A stretch of 64,000 nucleotides of DNA from contig JBDHJS010000016.1 in NCBI GenBank assembly GCA_039586795.1, positions 32,001-96,000 of the forward strand. The letters are read 5' to 3'. Every line of letters begins with the position of its first letter. The first letter of the stretch is position 1. The notes beneath the pieces were generated by a model. It did no database searches, was not told the DNA's origin, and saw only the letters and a program-made list of their open reading frames with translations. The DNA is from Gemmatimonadota bacterium. Its GTDB lineage: Bacteria > Gemmatimonadota > Gemmatimonadetes > Palauibacterales > KS3-K002. The translations under genes and the position numbers were made by a program. Positions 39,374 through 48,554 of the stretch are shown one piece after another.

Positions 39374-40678
39374 ATGGCTGATCTCAAGGGATTACCAGGC
39401 TTCAGAGACTTCTATCCGCCGGATCTGGCGGTGCGCTCGTATTTGATGGGCGTTTGGCGCGTGGTAGCGGGCCGATACGGTTTCGAGGAGTACGATGGTC
39501 CGCCCCTCGAGGCCCTGGAGATCTACACGCGTAAATCTGGCGAAGAGATCGTCCAGCAGCTGTACGAGTTCGAGGATAAAGGTGGCCGCCGGGTCGCGCT
39601 GCGCCCCGAGATGACGCCAACACTCGCGCGCATGGTGGGAGCGCGAGCTCGGGCGCTACCGAAGCCGATCCGCTGGTACTCCATGCCGCAGCTATTCCGC
39701 TACGAGCGAAAGCAACGCGGACGGCTACGGGAGCACTTCCAGCTCAACATGGATATCCTGGGTGAGACGGACGTGCTGGCGGATGCCGAATTGCTGGCAG
39801 CGGCGATAGACATTTGCCGGGAAACTGGACTCGATTCTACTCAGGTTCGGGCTCGGGTTTCCGACCGGCGGGTACTCGCGGCGATCTTTGTCCACCTGGG
39901 AGTCCCGGACGAGAAGCTTGAGGCCGTCTATACCGCCGTGGACAAGCTCGAGCGAGAGCCTCGCTCGCGGCTAGAGAAGCAGTTGGGCGAGTTGGGGCTG
40001 GAGTCATCGGCGATCGATGGGATTCTCGAGGTCACCGACCTGCGCGGTATCGATGGGCTCGAGAAGCGATACGGTGCCGTCGAGAGCATCGCGGAGCGCA
40101 TCGCCGAGTTGTCTGCGTACCTCGAACACCTCGACGACCTCGGCGTCGGTGAGTACGTGGATGTCGATCTGTCCATCGTCAGAGGGCTGGCGTACTACAC
40201 CGGTATCGTGTTCGAGTTGTGGGACGCGAGGCGCGAACTACGGGCGATCTGTGGTGGCGGCCGCTACGATAGCCTGTTGCAGTTGGTCTCGGGCGTCGAA
40301 ATGCCCGCGCTCGGCTTCGGAATGGGAGATGTGGTGCTCGGCGAGCTGCTGCGTGACCATGAGTTGTTGCCGGACTTCGAAGCAGGTGTGGATTGCTATA
40401 TCGCCTACATGGGCGACGAGGCGCGGCGCGTCGCCTTGCGCGGAGCGCGTGAACTGCGCAGTGCGGGCTACTCGGTGTTGTACGACTTCCGTGAGCGGCG
40501 GTTGGGCAATCAGATGAAGGCCGCGAACCAGCTGGGTGCAAGATACGCGGTGATATTCGGGCCTCAGGAGGTAGAGGATGGCCAGGCTCGAATCCGTGAT
40601 ATGTCCAGCGGAGACGAACAAGTAGTCGGTTTCGAAGAACTAGTGAACACGCTCAAAAAGGATGGAAGCGCTGACTAG
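39374..40678 (+). CDS. hisS: Histidine--tRNA ligase
   Basis: LRPEMT, FRYERKQRGRLREHFQ, RGLAYYTG, GGGRYD. Confidence 0.97.
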   Translation: MADLKGLPGFRDFYPPDLAVRSYLMGVWRVVAGRYGFEEYDGPPLEALEIYTRKSGEEIVQQLYEFEDKGGRRVALRPEMTPTLARMVGARARALPKPIRWYSMPQLFRYERKQRGRLREHFQLNMDILGETDVLADAELLAAAIDICRETGLDSTQVRARVSDRRVLAAIFVHLGVPDEKLEAVYTAVDKLEREPRSRLEKQLGELGLESSAIDGILEVTDLRGIDGLEKRYGAVESIAERIAELSAYLEHLDDLGVGEYVDVDLSIVRGLAYYTGIVFELWDARRELRAICGGGRYDSLLQLVSGVEMPALGFGMGDVVLGELLRDHELLPDFEAGVDCYIAYMGDEARRVALRGARELRSAGYSVLYDFRERRLGNQMKAANQLGARYAVIFGPQEVEDGQARIRDMSSGDEQVVGFEELVNTLKKDGSAD

Positions 40679-41231
40679 TGCGGGAAGAGAATATCGGCGG
40701 CTAGGTGGAGCACTGTGGCTCTTCGTGATTGTCCCACTCGTGAGTGGCGCGACCCTGGGTTGCATTGGGGAGCAATCGATGCCTGGAAGCGATGAGCCGG
40801 AGGAAGAAGAAATCGAGCTACCGTTCGACCCCGATGAGGTCCACGGCGAGCCCCTGGTCGATACGGCGACGACGCTCAGGTATCACGCATTCGAACGGCG
40901 GGTTGAAAGCGAACACCCTCGGAAGATGTTCTTCAGGATCATGGTGCTCGAGGAAGGCGGCCAGGATCAGTTGAGCAGGACGCTCCGCCTGGCGATCGAT
41001 TCCATCGCTCGCGCCGACTCGAGTCTCGTCGCGATGCGCGCCGCCATGTACACCTTCAGGCCCACCGGCCCGCGGCGCGGTGTTCTGACAGCACGCGTCT
41101 GGGCGGAGTGGTTGCCGCCAGTCGGGTGGGACGAAGCAGGGACCGCGGCGGATACCAGCTCGGCTCCCAACCGTACGTACCTCTGGGACCGGCCGCGGGC
41201 TTGGTATACGTCACCTTCGGGTGGGGGGTGA
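40662..41231 (+). CDS. Hypothetical lipoprotein
   Basis: Hydrophobic signal ending TLG-C; in operon with hisS. Confidence 0.6.
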   Translation: MEALTSAGREYRRLGGALWLFVIVPLVSGATLGCIGEQSMPGSDEPEEEEIELPFDPDEVHGEPLVDTATTLRYHAFERRVESEHPRKMFFRIMVLEEGGQDQLSRTLRLAIDSIARADSSLVAMRAAMYTFRPTGPRRGVLTARVWAEWLPPVGWDEAGTAADTSSAPNRTYLWDRPRAWYTSPSGGG

Positions 41232-41238
41232 AGCATCG

Positions 41239-41526
41239 GTGAGTGACGAAGGCGATATCCAGGCGCCGTCGGGCGATGTGATCGCACGTGGGCTAACCTC
41301 AGCTTGGGAGCGGCTCGGGCCGCTCAGCACGGGAGCGGTTGCCACGAGCTTGCTACTGGTAACCGGTGGGCGACTCTTCGGTCGCGCCGTCGGGCTGGGT
41401 GTCGGGCGCCGATTCGGCCTGTCGGCCGCTGTCGGGATGCTGTCGCTTGGGCTCTGGCTGGTGACCGGCCCCGGCAAAGCCGCCAATTCGGAACGTGAGG
41501 GCGCTGACCGCGCCGCAGACAACTGA
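41239..41526 (+). CDS. Small hypothetical membrane protein
   Basis: Gly-rich hydrophobic segments; fills the gap before proS. Confidence 0.5.
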   Translation: MSDEGDIQAPSGDVIARGLTSAWERLGPLSTGAVATSLLLVTGGRLFGRAVGLGVGRRFGLSAAVGMLSLGLWLVTGPGKAANSEREGADRAADN

Positions 41527-41573
41527 GACAACAACGACTGCTCGAAGTTTGACCGGAGGGTTTGATAGAATCG

Positions 41574-43031
41574 ATGTCGGACGACAAAGCTCTAACACCT
41601 CGTAACGAAGATTTCTCGGCCTGGTACAACGGCGTGGTTCAGCGGGCCCAGCTGGCCGGGTACTCGCCTGTTCGCGGCTGTATGGTGATTCGGCCTCACG
41701 GCTACGCGATCTGGGAGCTCATTCAAGGAGCGCTGGACGCGATGTTCAAGGAGACCGGGCACCAGAACGCGTACTTCCCGCTCTTCGTGCCGCACAGCTT
41801 TCTCAAGAAGGAGGCCGATCACGTAGAGGGGTTCGCCCCCGAGATCGCCCTCGTAACGATCGGCGGCGGCAAGGAACTGGAAGAGCCGCTGGTGGTTCGT
41901 CCGACTTCCGAGGCGATCATCTGGCCGATCATGGCGGATTGGATCCAGAGCTATCGCGATCTTCCGATGCTCATCAATCAGTGGGCGAACATCGTTCGTT
42001 GGGAGATGCGCACCCGTCCCTTCTTGAGAACGCTCGAGTTCCTATGGCAGGAGGGGCATACCGCACACGCCACGTGGGAAGACGCGGAGCGAGAGACGCT
42101 GCTGATACTGGAGATCTACCGGGATTTCATGGAGAACTGGATGGCCATGCCCCCGGTGACGGGCGTCAAGACCGAGTGGGACAAGTTCGCGGGCGCCGAC
42201 CGAACGTATGCCTGCGAGGCGATGATGCAGGACAACTGGGCGTTGCAGGCGGGAACGTCCCACAACCTCGGGCAGAACTTCGCCCGGGCTTTTGATGTGC
42301 AGTACCAGACGGAAGACGGCGCGCACGAATACGTTTGGAGTACGTCGTGGGGCGTATCTACGCGTCTGATCGGCGGCCTGGTGATGACGCACAGTGACGA
42401 TCAGGGTCTGGTGCTGCCGCCGAAGCTGGCGCCTGTACAGGCGGTCATCGTGCCGATCTACAAATCGGATGATCAGCGGACGCAGATCATCGAAGCCGCG
42501 ACGCGGCTGGCGGAGCGACTCAAGGGAGTCGTGCGCGTCAAGCTGGACGATCGCGACACCCTGAACCCCGGCGCCAAGTACTACGAGTGGGAGACCAAGG
42601 GAGTCCCGGTTCGTCTGGAGCTGGGTCCCAAGGACCTGGAGAAGGGCCACGTGATGGCGGTTCGTCGGTTCAGCGACGATCCAAAAGCGCGGAAGATCTC
42701 GATCGCCGATGACGAGATCGTCTCGCGTCTGCCGCAGTTGTTGGATGAGATGCAGGGTCAGTTGCTGGATGCGGCGCGTCGCCGCCGCGAGGAGAACTCG
42801 TACCGCGGCGTGAGCGACTACGAGGAATTCAAGAGAATCATCTCCGAAGGGAGCGGCTTCATATATACCGGCTACTGCGGCGCTGAAGAATGCGAATTGA
42901 AGGTCAAGGGCGACACGAAGGCCACGGTGCGGGTCATCCCGGACGAGGACTTTCGCAGCGATTCCGTTCCCGGCAAGTGCATCTGTGGCTCCGACGCCCA
43001 GTACGAGGTGGTGTGGGCGCGGGCGTATTAA
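41574..43031 (+). CDS. proS: Proline--tRNA ligase, archaeal/eukaryote-like type
   Basis: RPTSE, QWANIVRWEMRTRPFLRTLEFLWQEGHT, QAGTSHNLGQNF, C-terminal WARAY; no INS editing domain. Confidence 0.97.
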   Translation: MSDDKALTPRNEDFSAWYNGVVQRAQLAGYSPVRGCMVIRPHGYAIWELIQGALDAMFKETGHQNAYFPLFVPHSFLKKEADHVEGFAPEIALVTIGGGKELEEPLVVRPTSEAIIWPIMADWIQSYRDLPMLINQWANIVRWEMRTRPFLRTLEFLWQEGHTAHATWEDAERETLLILEIYRDFMENWMAMPPVTGVKTEWDKFAGADRTYACEAMMQDNWALQAGTSHNLGQNFARAFDVQYQTEDGAHEYVWSTSWGVSTRLIGGLVMTHSDDQGLVLPPKLAPVQAVIVPIYKSDDQRTQIIEAATRLAERLKGVVRVKLDDRDTLNPGAKYYEWETKGVPVRLELGPKDLEKGHVMAVRRFSDDPKARKISIADDEIVSRLPQLLDEMQGQLLDAARRRREENSYRGVSDYEEFKRIISEGSGFIYTGYCGAEECELKVKGDTKATVRVIPDEDFRSDSVPGKCICGSDAQYEVVWARAY

Positions 43032-43043
43032 GCGAGAGCTAGC

Positions 43044-43808
43044 GTGGGCAAAGTGAACGCGACCGAGATCGTCGAATACTTGAACGACTACCTTGATGTC
43101 GCCAACGTCCCCGACTACCCCGGCGCTTTCAATGGTCTACAGGTCGAGAACAGCGGCAAGGTCGGCCTCGTAGCGGCGTGCACCGATGCCTGCCAGGCGA
43201 CTATCGATGCCGCGGCAAATATCGGCGCCGACCTGATGATCGTGCACCACGGGCTGTTCTGGAGCGACGGCATCGCGCCGTTGACCGGCCGGACGTTCTC
43301 GCGGATCAAGAAGCTCCTGGATAGCGATATCGCCGTCTACTCGTCTCACCTTCCCCTGGACGCGCACCCGGACGTGGGGAACAACGCGGTGCTAGCCAGG
43401 GGAATCGGCCTCACCGACCTGGACCGGTTCGGCGAGTTCGAGGGCTGCCTGATCGGGTACAAGGGCGATCTGGATATCGGTCGCGATGACTTGTTGGAGC
43501 GAATCCAGAAGCTGTTGGGCCCGCTACCGAGGCTGATCTCCGGTGGACCGACGCAGGTCAGGCGGGTCGGCGTCGTGACGGGCGGCGCCGCCCAACTCAT
43601 CCCGGCGGCTCGAGCCGCTGGACTCGACACCTTCGTTACGGGAGAGGGCGCCCACCACTCCTACTTCGACGCTCTCGAGCTCGAGATCAACGTCATCTAC
43701 GCCGGGCACTACGCGACGGAGACGCTGGGCGTGAAGGCGCTAGCGGCGCATGTGGCGGAGAAGTTCGGTGTGAGGTGGGAGTTCATCGATAATCCGACGG
43801 GGATGTAG
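43044..43808 (+). CDS. Nif3-like dinuclear metal-centre protein
   Basis: NGLQVE, VHHGLFW, HLPLDAHP, AGHYATE. Confidence 0.93.
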   Translation: MGKVNATEIVEYLNDYLDVANVPDYPGAFNGLQVENSGKVGLVAACTDACQATIDAAANIGADLMIVHHGLFWSDGIAPLTGRTFSRIKKLLDSDIAVYSSHLPLDAHPDVGNNAVLARGIGLTDLDRFGEFEGCLIGYKGDLDIGRDDLLERIQKLLGPLPRLISGGPTQVRRVGVVTGGAAQLIPAARAAGLDTFVTGEGAHHSYFDALELEINVIYAGHYATETLGVKALAAHVAEKFGVRWEFIDNPTGM

Positions 43809-43823
43809 CGAGGGTTGATTAAT

Positions 43824-44201
43824 TCAATTGCCTCCTTCTTCGGGCTCGTCTTCGTCGCCCGGGTCACGATCGCCTTCCTCCTCTTCTTCTTCAACAGGCG
43901 CTCGGAGCCGGTCTTCTATTTCACCCCAGATGTTGGATAGCTCTTCCGGGTCATCGACGTAGCGATTCGAGAACTCGAGGAGGTCGTCCTCGGTCAGCCC
44001 GCGGTCCTCCAGAATGGCGTTTGCAAGGTTGGTGGCGTGAACCGAATCGCGGGCTTCTTCGGCGGCCAGCAAGATCTGCACGTAGACATCGATGTATTCC
44101 TCGCGCGAGATCCCTGCTTCCTCCCCGGGCGAACAGCCGGCGCCGAACAAAAGGGTGCCCAGGGCCAGACTGGCCCCGAGCACCCTGCGGACTGTCAGCA
44201 T
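43824..44201 (-). CDS. Hypothetical lipoprotein with acidic tail
   Basis: MLTVRRVLG...FGAG-C lipobox; helical body; poly-Glu C-terminus. Confidence 0.7.
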   Translation of the reverse strand: MLTVRRVLGASLALGTLLFGAGCSPGEEAGISREEYIDVYVQILLAAEEARDSVHATNLANAILEDRGLTEDDLLEFSNRYVDDPEELSNIWGEIEDRLRAPVEEEEEEGDRDPGDEDEPEEGGN

Positions 44202-44215
44202 CGTTTTCAACTCTG

Positions 44216-46164
44216 CTAAACCGATTCGGCCTCGGCTTTCGAGAACCGGTAGAAGTACCAAAGAACCAGCGGGAAGATGAGCAGCCCCAGCACGCCCTGT
44301 ACCACCGGGCTGGAGACGATGACCGGTAGCGAGAAGTTCGCCACGATCAGCCCCGCGATCACCACCCCCATCAATGCTTCGCCGGCAACGAAGCCCGAAG
44401 CGAGCAGAATTCCCGTGTTGTTCGCCTTGTCCGTCTGTTCCTTTGTGTAGTTCTTGCGCGCTAGGATTCGGTCGACGATCCACTTGAACACGCCGCCCAC
44501 GAAGATCGCGAACGTCGAGTGGATTGGCAGGTACATGCCAACGGCGACGAGCATCGGCGAAGGCGCACCGACCAGAATCAAAAACACACCGAACAACATG
44601 CCAGCAAGGAACAGCGGCCACACCATCTCACCGCCGACGATGCCCTGGCTGACCAGTGCCATCAGGCCTGCCTGAGGAGCCGGCAGCGCTGTCGCTGGAT
44701 CGACGCCGGGTGCGCCGGCGAACCCGTAGGCGTTCCCCAACAGCCACAGAACGACGGCTAGCATCGGCGCGGCAAAGATCACTGCGATGATCTCGCCCTT
44801 CTCCATTGACGCCGGCGTACCGCCCAGGATGTGACCTACCTTCAGGTCTTGCATCATGTCGCCGGCGATACCCATGGCACAGCAGACCACCGCGGCCACG
44901 CCGAGGACCGCGAGGACTCCGCGGTCGCCGGTCAGCCCGATGCCGACCATAAGAAGCGCGGCAAGTATCAACGTGGTCAGCGTCAAACCGCTGATCGGGT
45001 TGTTGCTGCTTCCGATAACGCCGACACGAACAAGATTCCAGCGATCACCATCGCCACCGCCGCGACGATCGATCCGCCGAAGCTCTGACTGAAGTAGTAA
45101 TAGAGAACGATGATCGGAATCATCAGCCCCAGAATACCGAACACGATGTAGCGGTAGCGGATGTCCATTTCCGTTCGGTCGGGCGCTTCTACTGACTTCA
45201 CCTGCTTGACGTCTGCCAGCACGCGACCGATGCCTGTCATCAGACTCTTACGCATGCACCACAGCGTCCACACCGCCCCGACCACCATCGTTCCCACAGC
45301 CAATGGACGGACCATCGTCTGCCAGACAACGTTGGTCATCACTTCCGACCACCCTTGCTCGGCTGCCAGCGGGCCCAGGTCTCGGTTGACGAACGCCATA
45401 ACCGGCACCAGACACCACCACCCCAACACACCGCCGGCGAAGACCACCGCGGACAGCCGTGGGCCGATGATGTAGCCAACGCCGAGCAGCGCGGGAGATG
45501 CTGCCGGCGTTGAGAGATGCACACCGCCCGCGTACTCGCTGATCAGCGTGCGGCCCTGATCGATGCGCGCTGCACCCCAGTCCCAGAATCCTACCATTCG
45601 GACGCTGAGGACGCGAAAACCGGATGCGTTCCTTATCAGCTCCAGGAATGCTGCCGTCAGACCCGCGATCACCAGATACTTGCCGCCGGTGGCCCCCTTC
45701 TGACCGGCCTTGTGGATCTCGCTTGCCGCCACCGACTCGGGGAAGGGAAGCCCCGCATCTTCCACCAGCGTGCGGCGCAGGATGATCACGAAAAACACCC
45801 CGAGCAGTCCGCCGATCACCATGATGATGCCGGAGACCAGGATGTTCACGTCCTCCCACACGCCGGCGATGACGAAGGCGGGAATCGTAAAGATCGCGCC
45901 CGCCACCAGCGCCTCGCCCACAGACGCCGTGGTTCGGGCCACATTCTCCTCGAGGATCGTCCCCGCCAAGGGTCGCAGCGCCGCCATGGCCACAACGGCC
46001 GCCGGGAACGTAGCGGCAATTGTAAGCCCGGCCACCATTCCGATGTACGCGTTGGCCGCGCCCAGAACGACGGCCATCACCACGCCGAGCAGGACCGCTC
46101 GGAACGTGAACTCGGCCATACGCTGATCTGCCGGGACGTAAGGCTCGTACGGTTTAGGGTCCAT
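44216..46164 (-). pseudogene. OPT-family oligopeptide transporter, frameshifted near 45027
   Basis: EFTFRAVLLG, ANAYIG, LPFPESVA, LLGVGYIIG in the 5' part; GSSNNPISG, MMQDLKVGHILG, PAPQA in another frame. Confidence 0.88.
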
Positions 46165-46314
46165 CGAGGGCCTCCTGGTCACAGGATTCGCGTCGAGCTG
46201 CGGGCGCCCGCTTCATCGCCATTCCCGCGCTCGGATGAATGCTGGTTGGGTGTTCTTGAGAAGCCGCGACAGCGTAGGCCGCAGCGAGCGGCATGTCAAG
46301 CGTGATACGGGTCG

Positions 46315-47412
46315 TCACGGTGTCGGGAGTGAGCCGAGAGCCGTGCGGTACACGATGTGGTGGCCGGCATCCGAGACGAAGAAGAGATTGAAGGGTGTGA
46401 CGATCACGGATCGCGGGGCGTCGAGCCCCGTCTCGGCGGCGCTGAGCAGGTCGCCCTCGAACGCGTCGTCGCCGGTACCGGCGAAGGTGAAGATGTTGCC
46501 CGTGCTGAACTGGACCATTCGCACGCGGTTGTTGGCGACGTCGGCGATGAACAGGGTGAGTCGATCCGCTGTGACGGATACGGTGGACGGCTCGTTGAGA
46601 AGCGCCTCCAGCGCCGACCGCCCGTCGCCACCGAAGCCGGCGTTGCCCGACCCGGCAATCGTCTCGATGGTCCCCGAGCTGAGGTCGACGGCGCGGATCC
46701 GATGATTCCCGGTATCCGCGATGTACAGTATGTCGCCGCCCAGGGCGAGCCCGGTGGGCTCGTTCAGCTGTGCGCCGGTGGCCGGTCCGCCATCCCCAAA
46801 GAACCCTGGCGTACCTGTTCCGGCGATGGTCGCGATGCTTCCGTCGGTATCGATGCGCCGCACGCGGTGCCCGTTCCGCTCTGAAACGAATACCGCGCCA
46901 TCGGAATCTACGGCCACTCCGGTTGGAACGCGCAGTTGGGTCTGAAGGGCGACCGTTGTGTCCGTGCTGCCAGCGTCTCCGGTACCGGCAACAGGACTCG
47001 CGATCTTCCCGGGTAGCGTGAGTCGCCAGACTCGCCCACCCACCGAGTCGGCGATGAACAAACGGTTGTCGCCACTGTGCGCCAGCCCGGCTGGCGCGTG
47101 GAGTCTCGGCTCATCGAGTTGAGCGCTGTGGTCCAGTAACACCGCTGCGACGCCGGTGGGCCGTACCCGGACGATCCGGGAGTTCTTTCCGTCGGCGATG
47201 AACAGATTTCCGTCCGGCCCGGCGGCCAAACCCTGCGGCGCATCGAGGAGGGTCTCGGTGCCCTTGTCGCCCAGGCTGTCGCCCGATTGTTCGGGTATTC
47301 CGGCTACGATTCGCATCACGCCGGGCGAATCCCCGGTGATAACGAGGGGTTCGCCGCAGGCGGCGATGAACAGGGCGGCAGAGACCGCTACGGTTGCAGC
47401 AAGACGATCCAT
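46315..47412 (-). CDS. NHL-repeat beta-propeller lipoprotein
   Basis: IAA-C lipobox; repeated P.GLA...LFIAD..N.RIR and AGTG..GF.GDGG.A units. Confidence 0.88.
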   Translation of the reverse strand: MDRLAATVAVSAALFIAACGEPLVITGDSPGVMRIVAGIPEQSGDSLGDKGTETLLDAPQGLAAGPDGNLFIADGKNSRIVRVRPTGVAAVLLDHSAQLDEPRLHAPAGLAHSGDNRLFIADSVGGRVWRLTLPGKIASPVAGTGDAGSTDTTVALQTQLRVPTGVAVDSDGAVFVSERNGHRVRRIDTDGSIATIAGTGTPGFFGDGGPATGAQLNEPTGLALGGDILYIADTGNHRIRAVDLSSGTIETIAGSGNAGFGGDGRSALEALLNEPSTVSVTADRLTLFIADVANNRVRMVQFSTGNIFTFAGTGDDAFEGDLLSAAETGLDAPRSVIVTPFNLFFVSDAGHHIVYRTALGSLPTP

Positions 47413-48554
47413 ATGTCCAAGTCGCCCAGGCCGCTTCGCTTCGAGAAGGCCAGATGCCGCCCAGTGGGTGATACCGCTGGTTCGTAACCGCCGTCAGTGC
47501 CGGGAATCGCCACAGCACTCGAGTCAGGTGGCGCTATCCTCCAGATCATATTGGCGCGTCGGAAGTAGAGATGATTTGCGTCCGGTGACCAGGCGGGAGC
47601 CTCGCCTTCCCCTAGCTCCCGTAGACCACTGCCGTCGGGTCGAATCAGCGCCAACTCGTGGCGAACATCTGTGTAATCGGTTCGCACTTCAGTGCAGACC
47701 AATTCGCCGAACTCGCCGTGATAGGTGCAGGTCGCGCTCGTTGAGTCTATTCGCACCAATTGGGTGAACGCGATCCACTCACCGTCGGGGCTCCAGGCGG
47801 GCCAGGCCCCATCCGCCGTATTGGGTATCACTTGCGCGGAGTCTTCATCGACGGGCCAGATCAGCAGTCGCAAGCCATCGCTGAACACCAAACGCTCACC
47901 GTCAGGCGCCCAGGAGGCGCGGATCGCCAGGCGCCGCTCCTCCTTAATCAGCCGCTGGAATGGGTAGTTCTTGATTATCCAGAGATTGCCGGTTGTCCCG
48001 TCGAACTCGGAGCCCAGCGGCTCGAATATGAGTGAGGCGCCACCGTTCAACGGGCCCGTCGCGTTGGAATCCCGAATCCAGACTGCAACTCGCCATAGCA
48101 GAGTCCGGCCGGCCTTATCGGCGCTCACGGAACATCGAAGGCTGCCTGCGCACGGGGCGGGCGCGAAAGTGTCCACGACTTCGATAAACGCGAGGCGGTC
48201 CGCGACCGGGTTCCGCGACGGTGCGAGCAACCAGTGATCGGTAAGACTGCCAGCGCCCTGCACGTTGCTCAGCAACGGTTGACCGGGACCGGTATGAGCG
48301 GGAACGCTAACCAATACTCCTAAAGATGAAGGCTGTGTCTCAAAGCCTTCCGCGCTGTAATAGACCGTATCACCGGTGAGCGACCAGGAGGGCATGTGGT
48401 CGTCGTGCTGACTGTAAGTAAGACGCAAGATGGAGTCGCTGGCGGCGGGTCGGTCTTCTGGCTGAAACGGTTCGACGTCATCGCGGCAGGCCGCCGGCGT
48501 CAGGATAAGCGCCGCCAAAAACGTGGCGAGCATCAGACGAAGCGGCGTTCTCAA
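47388..48554 (-). CDS. TolB-like (PD40) beta-propeller lipoprotein
   Basis: PAA-C lipobox; repeated PAWSPDG..IAF motifs. Confidence 0.82.
   Translation of the reverse strand: MRTPLRLMLATFLAALILTPAACRDDVEPFQPEDRPAASDSILRLTYSQHDDHMPSWSLTGDTVYYSAEGFETQPSSLGVLVSVPAHTGPGQPLLSNVQGAGSLTDHWLLAPSRNPVADRLAFIEVVDTFAPAPCAGSLRCSVSADKAGRTLLWRVAVWIRDSNATGPLNGGASLIFEPLGSEFDGTTGNLWIIKNYPFQRLIKEERRLAIRASWAPDGERLVFSDGLRLLIWPVDEDSAQVIPNTADGAWPAWSPDGEWIAFTQLVRIDSTSATCTYHGEFGELVCTEVRTDYTDVRHELALIRPDGSGLRELGEGEAPAWSPDANHLYFRRANMIWRIAPPDSSAVAIPGTDGGYEPAVSPTGRHLAFSKRSGLGDLDIWIVLLQP

Noticed and set aside
44202..44621. 5' extension of the 43824-44621 ORF
   Set aside because: It overlaps the OPT C-terminus in another frame; the signal peptide starts near 44201.
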